In this document: positions 19,130 through 27,046 of the stretch, one piece after another
Layout of the letters: each line of letters begins with the position of its first letter
How positions within the stretch are numbered: the stretch's first letter is position 1
DNA from: a virus
Taxonomy: Duplodnaviria > Caudoviricetes
Direction: 5' to 3' (one strand)
Virus record (IMG/VR): IMGVR_UViG_3300046806_000035
Location: 1-33,766 of that record
Length of the DNA stretch: 33,766 nt
Notes under the pieces: generated by a model
Databases searched by the model: none
Seen by the model: the letters and a program-made list of their open reading frames with translations, nothing else
Told to the model about the DNA's origin: nothing
Position numbers and translations under genes: made by a program

Positions 19130-21058
19130 ATGTTTTCTGTAGTAGTTTTAACAATGTGGCGCGCTCCTGATGTATTTCAGCGAGCACTACGCGGTTATAT
19201 CGCACACAATTTAGTCGATGAAGTTATTGTAATTAACAATGACAAAGCTCAAACTCCTGATTGGGCTGAGCTAACCCATACTAAAGTGCGTATGCTCAAT
19301 CAAGACAGCAACATCAAGGTAAATCCTGGTTGGAATTTAGGAGTTATACTAGCAAAACACGATAAACTATGTATTGCTAATGATGACATAGAGTTTGATA
19401 CTCGACTGTTTGATAAAATATACCATAGAGTTATTCCAGAACTAGGAGCGCACGGTATTATTACTGGCGAAGCCCACTTTAATCAACCGCCTACTACTGA
19501 CGGAACTATAAGTTTTATAAAATGGAATCCAGGTGATATAATTCATTGCTTTGGTCAGCTAATGTTTGTACATAAAGCCAACTGGATACCAATTAGACCT
19601 GAACTTCAAATTTATTTTGGTGATGATACTATTTTCCATTATCATCTTTATAAGGGTTTAGATAACTATTTAATTTACAACATTAACTTCTATTCGCCTA
19701 TGGCTGCTACTACTAGTGATACTTCAATAACTGCTGGTGTACACGATATAGAACTACCGTTCTATCAAGACTGGGCTAAGAATTATCCAATTGATTATAC
19801 ACGCTTTGATAAAAACAAGCGCATATTAATTGCTATTCCTACTAATCGGAATATTGAAGTTGAAACTTTTAAATCTATTTATGATTTAGACGTTCCTGCT
19901 GGGTATATTACTGAGTTTCAGTATTTTTACGGTTATCAAATTGACCAAATTCGTAATCTAATTGCTGAGTGGGGTAAACGTTATGACTATTTATTCTGCG
20001 TAGATAGTGACATTGTGTTGCCGAAAGATACACTAGTTAAAATGCTATCTGCTAACAAAGATGTTATTTCTGGTCTTTATATACAACGCAAACCTAATCA
20101 GCATACACTTGAGATATATAGAGACGCTCCAAATGGTGGTGTATCCAACATACCTTATGAGCAGCTTAAAAATCTACCTACTGTAGAAGTAGCTGCATGT
20201 GGTATGGGCTGCTGTTTAATTAATTCAGAAGTGCTTCGCACTCTACCCTACCCACATTTTGTTTACCGCTCCGCACTAAACCATTCAAATACTTTTAGCG
20301 AAGATATTTATTTTTGTTTAGAAGCACGTAAGTTTGGTTTTAAAGTTTGGGCAGACCCATCAATTCACTGTGAGCATATAGGTTCTACTAAATTTATAGT
20401 ACATCAGAAGAGTGTATTAGAACAAACAGCAGAACTTGACTTATTACCGCCAGAACATGCTGCATATTTAAAAACTATGGCTGTAAATCCTGCTGTTGTA
20501 TATGATATTGGTGCTTGTGTATTACACTGGACTAGAAAAGCTAAAGAAGTTTGGCCTAAAGCTAAATATTACTTGTTCGATGCTACAGAATCTGTTAAAC
20601 CATTTCATGCTCAGTCTGGATTACCTTCGTATAACGGTGTGCTAACTGATACAGACAATAAACTAGTAGAGTTTTATGAAAATCTTGACCATCCAGGGGG
20701 CAACTCATATTACCGTGAGAACTCTACAGCTTATAATGATAGCCATAAACGATTAAAAATAGGATATACACTAGATACTATTGTAAAAACTAATAACTGG
20801 CCGTTACCTGATTTAATTAAGATGGATGTACAAGGAGCAGAGCTAGATGTTTTACGTGGTGCTCAGCATTGCTTAGCAGCTTGTAACGATATTATATTAG
20901 AAGCTCAGCATGTAGACTACAATCTAGGTGCTCCAAAAATTCAAGACATTATTGAGTATATGTCTACTATTGGATTTGAGCTGATTAGTAATTTTACTAC
21001 CGGAGATGTAGATGGTGATTACCATTTTAAGAAAGCTAATCTAAATAACTGCACTTAA
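19130..21058 (+). CDS. two GT-A glycosyltransferase domains plus FkbM-family methyltransferase
   Basis: Domain 1 IANDDIEFD. Domain 2 YLFCVDSD..GMGCCLI..SEDIYFC..CEHIG. Domain 3 VVYDIGAC..TLD..LIKMDVQGAELDVLRGA. Confidence 0.85.
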   Translation: MFSVVVLTMWRAPDVFQRALRGYIAHNLVDEVIVINNDKAQTPDWAELTHTKVRMLNQDSNIKVNPGWNLGVILAKHDKLCIANDDIEFDTRLFDKIYHRVIPELGAHGIITGEAHFNQPPTTDGTISFIKWNPGDIIHCFGQLMFVHKANWIPIRPELQIYFGDDTIFHYHLYKGLDNYLIYNINFYSPMAATTSDTSITAGVHDIELPFYQDWAKNYPIDYTRFDKNKRILIAIPTNRNIEVETFKSIYDLDVPAGYITEFQYFYGYQIDQIRNLIAEWGKRYDYLFCVDSDIVLPKDTLVKMLSANKDVISGLYIQRKPNQHTLEIYRDAPNGGVSNIPYEQLKNLPTVEVAACGMGCCLINSEVLRTLPYPHFVYRSALNHSNTFSEDIYFCLEARKFGFKVWADPSIHCEHIGSTKFIVHQKSVLEQTAELDLLPPEHAAYLKTMAVNPAVVYDIGACVLHWTRKAKEVWPKAKYYLFDATESVKPFHAQSGLPSYNGVLTDTDNKLVEFYENLDHPGGNSYYRENSTAYNDSHKRLKIGYTLDTIVKTNNWPLPDLIKMDVQGAELDVLRGAQHCLAACNDIILEAQHVDYNLGAPKIQDIIEYMSTIGFELISNFTTGDVDGDYHFKKANLNNCT

Positions 21059-21062
21059 ATTT

Positions 21063-21107
21063 TTGGACTTTTTTACTGCATTTGTTATACTAATACAGAT
21101 GCAGTAA
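21063..21107 (+). promoter_or_regulatory. promoter with extended -10 box inside a 13-bp imperfect inverted repeat
   Basis: TTGGACT (21063-21069) and TG-t-TATACT (21086-21091). Arms TTACTGCATTTGT (21073-21085) and ACAGATGCAGTAA (21095-21107), 12/13 match. Confidence 0.65.
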
Positions 21108-21153
21108 TTAACATTGCTGTATACTTAGTTTTCGAGAAGACTATAGGTGAATT

Positions 21154-21456
21154 ATGGAAACAAGTAGAGAGCTAGATCAAATTAGATCTGAACTCAATAG
21201 TCTTCATGAGCGTTCAAATAATAATAGAACGGCGATAGCGACTCTTGAAGGCGTAAATGAGCAAAGATTTGACCACATATTAGCCTGCCTAGAGACTATG
21301 AAAAAAGAAATGGAAGCACAGAATGCAACAATTTCTTCTCTACAGTCTCTAGCAACTGAGGGCAAGACCTCGTTAAAAACCTTGCTTTGGGTTGGTGGAA
21401 TTATCGCCAGCTTAGTAGCCTTTTTTGTTATGATATACGATACCCTACCTAAATGA
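21154..21456 (+). CDS. small coiled-coil protein with C-terminal transmembrane helix
   Basis: AGGTG SD, heptad N-region, hydrophobic LLWVGGIIASLVAFFVMIY. ATGA overlap with terL. Confidence 0.6.
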   Translation: METSRELDQIRSELNSLHERSNNNRTAIATLEGVNEQRFDHILACLETMKKEMEAQNATISSLQSLATEGKTSLKTLLWVGGIIASLVAFFVMIYDTLPK

Positions 21457-22703
21457 GTTCACAGTTTTTCAAGTTACCAATCGACAAATTACTTCAGCGG
21501 CTTCCAAATGCTGTAACCTTCAATGAAGGGCAGAGAGCGATGGTTGAAGGACTAAATAGTAAGCGTTTTTGGGTTCATATAGCGGGCCGTCGTACAGGTA
21601 AATCCTATGCGGCGGCCCTTCTTGCATTTGCAAAACTGCTTGAGCCAGGACAACAAGTAATGGTAGTTGCTCCTAACTTTACGCTATCTTCTATTATTTG
21701 GGATTATGTAACTGACTTAATCAAACAAATGAACATTGAGGTAGATAAGTTTAACCAAAAAGATAAAGTAGTTAAACTTATTAACGGTTCTATATTTAGA
21801 TTGCTATCAGCTAATAACAGAGACTCTCTAGTCGGTCGTGCTGCTAACCTACTTATAATCGACGAAGCCGCTATTATTCCTGACGACGAATACTTCTTAC
21901 GAGATTTACGTCCTGCTCTATCTACCTTCACTGATTCTCGCTGTTTGTGGATTTCCACTCCTCGTGGTAAAGGAAACTATTTATACAATTACTATATGCG
22001 CGGACAAGACCATGAAAATTTTCCAGAGTGGGGTTCTGCTATATACACTTGGCGTTCTAATCCTCGCTTATCTGAAAAAGATATTGCTGAAGCTAAGAAA
22101 ACCATGACTCGGGCACTCTTCCTACAAGAATATGAGTGTGAGTGGACTACTACAGAAAGCCAAATTTATGAATACCTCGATGAAGAAAAACATAAAGGAG
22201 ACTTCCAAACTAGAAAGTTTGTTGAAGTAATCGCAGGTCTTGACGTAGGGTATAGAGATGAAAACGTTTTTGTTGTTATAGGTTTTGATGGAGAAAAGTA
22301 CTATATCATAGATGAATATATTTCCAAAGAATCTACTACTTCTGAGCTAGCTTCTGTAATACAAGAGAAGATAGACGAATGGCGCATTGATACAATCTAT
22401 ATCGACAGCGCAGCGCAACAGGTGAAAGCTGACTTTGCCTACGACTATGATATATATTGTGAAAACGCTATTAAATCTGTAAATGACGGTATTAGTTTTG
22501 TACAGACAATCGTAGAGCACGACAAGTTATTATTTGACCATGATGGAGGTTCTCATACATTCCACGCTATGTCATCATATAAATGGAACCAATCAACAGA
22601 CATACCTAAGCCTGTGCACGATTGGGCTTCTCACCCGTGTGATGCTGTACGCTACGCGATATATACTCACCATAAGATGAGTTCTATTTCAATTTATAAT
22701 TAA
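21453..22703 (+). CDS. terL: terminase large subunit
   Basis: Walker A GRRTGKS, Walker B LLIIDEAA, motif III ISTPRG, nuclease motifs GLDVG and SHPCDAVRY. Confidence 0.95.
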   Translation: MSSQFFKLPIDKLLQRLPNAVTFNEGQRAMVEGLNSKRFWVHIAGRRTGKSYAAALLAFAKLLEPGQQVMVVAPNFTLSSIIWDYVTDLIKQMNIEVDKFNQKDKVVKLINGSIFRLLSANNRDSLVGRAANLLIIDEAAIIPDDEYFLRDLRPALSTFTDSRCLWISTPRGKGNYLYNYYMRGQDHENFPEWGSAIYTWRSNPRLSEKDIAEAKKTMTRALFLQEYECEWTTTESQIYEYLDEEKHKGDFQTRKFVEVIAGLDVGYRDENVFVVIGFDGEKYYIIDEYISKESTTSELASVIQEKIDEWRIDTIYIDSAAQQVKADFAYDYDIYCENAIKSVNDGISFVQTIVEHDKLLFDHDGGSHTFHAMSSYKWNQSTDIPKPVHDWASHPCDAVRYAIYTHHKMSSISIYN

Positions 22704-22708
22704 ATATT

Positions 22709-22737
22709 TGGACAGTTTTATTATTTTTAGCTAAAGT
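22709..22737 (+). promoter_or_regulatory. sigma70-type promoter, probably leaderless transcript
   Basis: TGGACA (22709-22714), 17 nt spacer, TAAAGT (22732-22737). ATG at 22744 with no SD. Confidence 0.6.
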
Positions 22738-22743
22738 AGATTA

Positions 22744-23121
22744 ATGACTGATTTAAAAAGATTACCAGTTAAGTATATTAGGGACTTTATTAAAAAAGAT
22801 TACAAGCTTCGAGATTGCTGTTATATCTGTAATTCGACTAATCTTTTAGAGCTTCACCACTTATATAGTGTCAGCGAGCTGTTTACACAATGGTGTATAA
22901 AAAACAATATTAAGATAATTAATACCGAAGAGCAGATATTTGCTATTAGAGCGCGCTTTGCAGAAGACTGTGTAGCAGACTTAGATAATAACAATCTGTA
23001 TACGCTATGCTCTGACCACCACAAAAGATTACATAATCTGTATGGTCAAACTTATCCTCATTCTATGGCCCCTAAGATAAAAAACTGGATACAAATACAA
23101 AAGGATAAACATGGCAACTAA
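22744..23121 (+). CDS. HNH endonuclease, T5-type nicking endonuclease homolog
   Basis: CYIC..LELHH..TLCSDHHKRLH. Lies between terL and portal, as in T5. Confidence 0.8.
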   Translation: MTDLKRLPVKYIRDFIKKDYKLRDCCYICNSTNLLELHHLYSVSELFTQWCIKNNIKIINTEEQIFAIRARFAEDCVADLDNNNLYTLCSDHHKRLHNLYGQTYPHSMAPKIKNWIQIQKDKHGN

Positions 23122-24370
23122 AGAAGTACCACAGTGGCGCTCTTGGCTATCTGAAAAGCTAAACCCCGCACAACCATCTATAGCTTCTTTGGAGCCTTAT
23201 GCTTCCCCAGAAACTATAGTTGAATATCAACAAGCTTATAGAGATATTGAGATCATTCATCGCTCTATTGATATGATTATTAATGCTTGTGTCGAAATTC
23301 CTTTAGTGGTTGAAGGAGCTGGCCCAGCTAAAAAAGTAAATAAACTATTAAATGTAAAACCAAATCCTTTTGAGGATAGAGTACGTCTATTTAGGCGTGC
23401 TTTTTTAGATTTTATATTAGACGGCAACGCTTTCTTTTACTATGATGGTGAAAGTTTATATGTACTACCAGCTAATGATGTTGAAGTAGTGCCTGACGAA
23501 AAAACTTTTGTATCGCACTACAATTATTTAGTATCTAATCAACGTTCTTCCGATTATTTTGGTTATGCAAAGCAGACTAGAAAATCTCAAGCTATCAGAT
23601 TTGAATCAAATGAGATTATTCATATCATGGCTGAAAATGATGAATCTATTTTTAGAGGCGTATCTAAGCTAAAACCTATTCTTAGATTAATCGAACTGTA
23701 CTACTATATGATTAACTTCCAGCGCCAGTTCTTTAAAAACAACGCGCTACCGGGGTTTGTACTTACTACAGATAATATTCTATCTAAGCGTGTAAAAGAA
23801 CGACTACTAGAAGCCTGGCGCTCTACCTACACCACTATTTTTGATGGTGCTAGAAATCCTGCTATTTTGGATGGTGGACTTAAGATTGATAGATTCTCTA
23901 CAGTAAACTTTGAGCAACTAGACTTTGAAGGCTCTGTAGAGCGTATTCAGCAAGATATGTCTAAAGCTCTAGGTGTTCCCTATGTTCTGCTTAAGTCTGG
24001 AAATAATGCTAATATTGACGCAAACCAAAAGCTGTTTTATTTGCATACAATATTACCTATACTAAATCAGTTTACTAGTGCCTTTACGCACTATTTTAAT
24101 AACAATATAATTATCAGACCAGATAGACTATCAGTGCCAGCACTCCAGCCTGATAACAAAACACAAGCTACTTATTATTCTACACTAGTAAATACGGGAA
24201 TTATAACCCCAAATGAAGCTCGTGAAGGATTAAGATTTGCAAAACTTGACGGACTTGATACAATAAGAATACCACAAAATATTACAGGAAGCGCAACTGA
24301 CGCAACCCAGGGTGGTAGACCGGTAGATTCAGAACAAGCTTCTACCAGCGAGGGAACAACAGATGAGTGA
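23111..24370 (+). CDS. portal protein (HK97/T5 pb7 type)
   Basis: LLNVKPNPF, LDGNAF, EIIHI, FFKNNALPG, ILDGG, LGVP, GIITPNEAR. Confidence 0.95.
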   Translation: MATKEVPQWRSWLSEKLNPAQPSIASLEPYASPETIVEYQQAYRDIEIIHRSIDMIINACVEIPLVVEGAGPAKKVNKLLNVKPNPFEDRVRLFRRAFLDFILDGNAFFYYDGESLYVLPANDVEVVPDEKTFVSHYNYLVSNQRSSDYFGYAKQTRKSQAIRFESNEIIHIMAENDESIFRGVSKLKPILRLIELYYYMINFQRQFFKNNALPGFVLTTDNILSKRVKERLLEAWRSTYTTIFDGARNPAILDGGLKIDRFSTVNFEQLDFEGSVERIQQDMSKALGVPYVLLKSGNNANIDANQKLFYLHTILPILNQFTSAFTHYFNNNIIIRPDRLSVPALQPDNKTQATYYSTLVNTGIITPNEAREGLRFAKLDGLDTIRIPQNITGSATDATQGGRPVDSEQASTSEGTTDE

Positions 24371-26969
24371 TAAAACATTTTATTTAAATAGTTCTTTCGA
24401 AGCAAAAGCAGTTTCTAAAGGTAACAAGTCTTTAAAAATTGCTGGATACGCTAATACTACTGCTAAAGACCGTGCAGGCGATATTGTTACCGCTGAAGCA
24501 TGGGCAAAAGGCGTAGAAAACTTTAGACGTAACCCAGTTATGTTATACCAACATAAGCATGATTGCCCAATTGGCCGTTTTGACAGCATTACGGTTGATA
24601 AAAAAGGCATTTATGTAGAGGGTAACGTAAGTGAAGCGGCTGAGAAAAACTACGGTATACATACACTTATTAAAGATGGTGCGCTAAAAAGTTTTAGCGT
24701 AGGTTTCAGAGTTAAAGACGGTAAATATAATAGCAAAGATGATACAATGCTAATTACTGACGTAGAACTTCTAGAAATTTCTATAGTAAGTGTTCCTTGT
24801 AACCAAGATTCTTTATTTAGCCTACGTAAAAGTTTTGAAGGGTCAGACGATGAATATCGTTCTTTCCTACAAAACTTTGAAGAAGCTACTGAAGAAGAAA
24901 CAAAAATGATGCGCGGCATTAAAGCAGGCATCTCAGATATGTGTGAAGGCCATTACCATACTCTAGAATTAGATGAAATGGGTAATGGCGTAACTACTTA
25001 TGCTTCTCATATGGCTAATCACGCTCACCGCGTAATAGCTGGCGTGATTCAAGAAGCAGAAGGTCATACACATAATATTAGTATGGTAGGAGTCCCACCC
25101 ATGAATATGGCTGAAGAAGAAACTACTAGTACTAGACCACTTTCTCCTTCTGAGGAGCAAGCAATTGCTGGAAAAGCAGAAGTAAGTGACTCTATTACTG
25201 AAGAAGTAACTACTAAAACCGCTATTGATACTATTGTAGATGTAGCAAAAGAGACTACTGAAGAAGTTGACGACACAGAAGAATTAGTTGTTAGAGACCC
25301 TAACGAAGCTATTCCTTTTGTAAATCTACTTGCAGCAGCGAACTTAGTCAATGGAGACCTTGTAAATTACAAAGAAAAAATGTACAAGGTCGTCGAAATT
25401 GCAACTGCCCAAAGCCCAATCTTTAAATTTTTAGAAGTTGACGCTGACGGAAAAGACTGTGATAATATTCTTAATGTGAATACAGAAGAAATTTCACAAG
25501 TCGTAAAAACACAAGAAGAGACTATAAGTGAAGACAAGATTTCAGAAACAAATCTTACAGAAAAGCTTCACGAAGATTCAACAAAGGAGAACGACAAAAT
25601 GGCTGAACAAGTCGTAGAATCAATCGACATTAGCGCAGTAAAAACTGAGCAGGTCGAGGCTAAAAAAGACGTAGCCACAGCTACTGTCTCAGCGCCTAGA
25701 GTTGCTGATCTAGTTGAAAAAACTGGTGAAGCTATCATCAAAGAAGCTGATGCAAAAGACAAATATGGTGAGTATACACCAACAAATACTGAAGAAGTTT
25801 CTGAGCTAAAGTCTCAAATTTCTAAGTACAGAGACGAGATTAAAGCTCTACAAAATAGCAAAATGCTATATGCAGAAAATTCTCGTACCTCCAACCAATT
25901 CTCTGAGAAAGAAATGGCAAACGCAGTGCTTCTAGCAAAAATGCTAAACAAGCGCGACGTATTCGACACAAAGTTCGGTAATCGTATGAAGGCCGTAACT
26001 ACTGTTGACCAGTTCCTATCTAACTTCTCCCAGAATATCTACACAGAAATGGAACAGCAACTAGTAATTGCTCCAATGTTCACACGTCTACCTGTAGACG
26101 CTAAGACATTCCGCGTTCCAGTAGCTGATGAAGACAAAGATGGCGACGTTGCAATGTTCCGCTCCGGTACTTATGCAACTGGTATTGGCGATACAACCAA
26201 CGTACCAACATCTAACCAGAACTCCATCGGTGCTGTAGAATTCACACCTCATAAATTCATGGCAACAACTCACCTAGCTAAGGATGAAGAAGAAGACACA
26301 GTTCTTCCTCTACTAGATTTCCTACGCAGCGCTGCAACTCGTCGTCTAGCTCGTGCTATCGACAAGTCCATTCTACGTGGTACTGGCGCTCTAACAGGCT
26401 TCACTGCATCCCCAACTAACTCTATCACAGCAGGCACTGGTTATGCTTCTGTTATTGAAGGTATCACCAATCTAACTGGCGACGCATCTCTAACAGTACC
26501 AACTGGTTCTTCTTCTGATAAAGCAGACCCATCTGATATCGCAGCAGCACGTACTGCTATGGGTAAGTATGGTCTACAGCTAGGTAACGACCTAGTATAT
26601 ATCACTTCCATCGAAGGATATAACAACCTAGTAACAACTGCAGACTTCCGTACTGTTGATAAGTTTGGTCCAAACGCTACTTATCTAACAGGTTCCGTAG
26701 GTGCAGTATACGGTATTCCTATCGCTATCTCTGAATTCCTAGATAACGTAGGTTCTACTGGTAACCACCTAGGCGTACTACTTTACAAGCCAGGCTTCCT
26801 AATTGCCGAGCGTCGTGGTATTGAGATTGAATCTGAGTACGAACCACGCCAGCAAGTAACTGCTATGTACATGAGCACACGTTTCGACTTCAAGGCTCTA
26901 ACTACAAACTCCAGCGCAGCGCTAGATTCTACCAAGTATCCATACGCTGTTACTGTTACAGCAGGCTAA
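24363..26969 (+). CDS. prohead protease fused in frame to the major capsid protein
   Basis: N-terminal HK97-type protease (DRAGD, NPVMLYQH..PIG, SFSVGF, LLEISIVSVPCN), acidic linker, C-terminal HK97-fold capsid. Confidence 0.9.
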   Translation: MSDKTFYLNSSFEAKAVSKGNKSLKIAGYANTTAKDRAGDIVTAEAWAKGVENFRRNPVMLYQHKHDCPIGRFDSITVDKKGIYVEGNVSEAAEKNYGIHTLIKDGALKSFSVGFRVKDGKYNSKDDTMLITDVELLEISIVSVPCNQDSLFSLRKSFEGSDDEYRSFLQNFEEATEEETKMMRGIKAGISDMCEGHYHTLELDEMGNGVTTYASHMANHAHRVIAGVIQEAEGHTHNISMVGVPPMNMAEEETTSTRPLSPSEEQAIAGKAEVSDSITEEVTTKTAIDTIVDVAKETTEEVDDTEELVVRDPNEAIPFVNLLAAANLVNGDLVNYKEKMYKVVEIATAQSPIFKFLEVDADGKDCDNILNVNTEEISQVVKTQEETISEDKISETNLTEKLHEDSTKENDKMAEQVVESIDISAVKTEQVEAKKDVATATVSAPRVADLVEKTGEAIIKEADAKDKYGEYTPTNTEEVSELKSQISKYRDEIKALQNSKMLYAENSRTSNQFSEKEMANAVLLAKMLNKRDVFDTKFGNRMKAVTTVDQFLSNFSQNIYTEMEQQLVIAPMFTRLPVDAKTFRVPVADEDKDGDVAMFRSGTYATGIGDTTNVPTSNQNSIGAVEFTPHKFMATTHLAKDEEEDTVLPLLDFLRSAATRRLARAIDKSILRGTGALTGFTASPTNSITAGTGYASVIEGITNLTGDASLTVPTGSSSDKADPSDIAAARTAMGKYGLQLGNDLVYITSIEGYNNLVTTADFRTVDKFGPNATYLTGSVGAVYGIPIAISEFLDNVGSTGNHLGVLLYKPGFLIAERRGIEIESEYEPRQQVTAMYMSTRFDFKALTTNSSAALDSTKYPYAVTVTAG
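25438..25466 (+). promoter_or_regulatory. intragenic promoter upstream of the capsid start
   Basis: TTGACG (25438-25443), 17 nt spacer, TG-t-GATAAT (25461-25466), with an A/T tract upstream. Confidence 0.55.
25599..26969 (+). CDS. major capsid protein precursor from an internal in-frame start, 456 aa
   Basis: AAGGAG (25584-25589) 9 nt before in-frame ATG 25599 (codon 413). Coiled-coil scaffold-like region, then capsid domain. Size is close to T5 pb8. Confidence 0.75.
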   Translation: MAEQVVESIDISAVKTEQVEAKKDVATATVSAPRVADLVEKTGEAIIKEADAKDKYGEYTPTNTEEVSELKSQISKYRDEIKALQNSKMLYAENSRTSNQFSEKEMANAVLLAKMLNKRDVFDTKFGNRMKAVTTVDQFLSNFSQNIYTEMEQQLVIAPMFTRLPVDAKTFRVPVADEDKDGDVAMFRSGTYATGIGDTTNVPTSNQNSIGAVEFTPHKFMATTHLAKDEEEDTVLPLLDFLRSAATRRLARAIDKSILRGTGALTGFTASPTNSITAGTGYASVIEGITNLTGDASLTVPTGSSSDKADPSDIAAARTAMGKYGLQLGNDLVYITSIEGYNNLVTTADFRTVDKFGPNATYLTGSVGAVYGIPIAISEFLDNVGSTGNHLGVLLYKPGFLIAERRGIEIESEYEPRQQVTAMYMSTRFDFKALTTNSSAALDSTKYPYAVTVTAG

Positions 26970-26997
26970 TAGCTACTTACAATTTAGTTCTAACTAC

Positions 26998-27027
26998 GGG
27001 GGAGGCGGTCATACGCCTCCCCTTATT
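26998..27027 (+). terminator. intrinsic terminator after the capsid gene
   Basis: GGGGAGGCG-gtcata-CGCCTCCCC 9-bp stem followed by TTATT. Confidence 0.75.
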
Positions 27028-27046
27028 CAATAAAGGGTAGATAATT

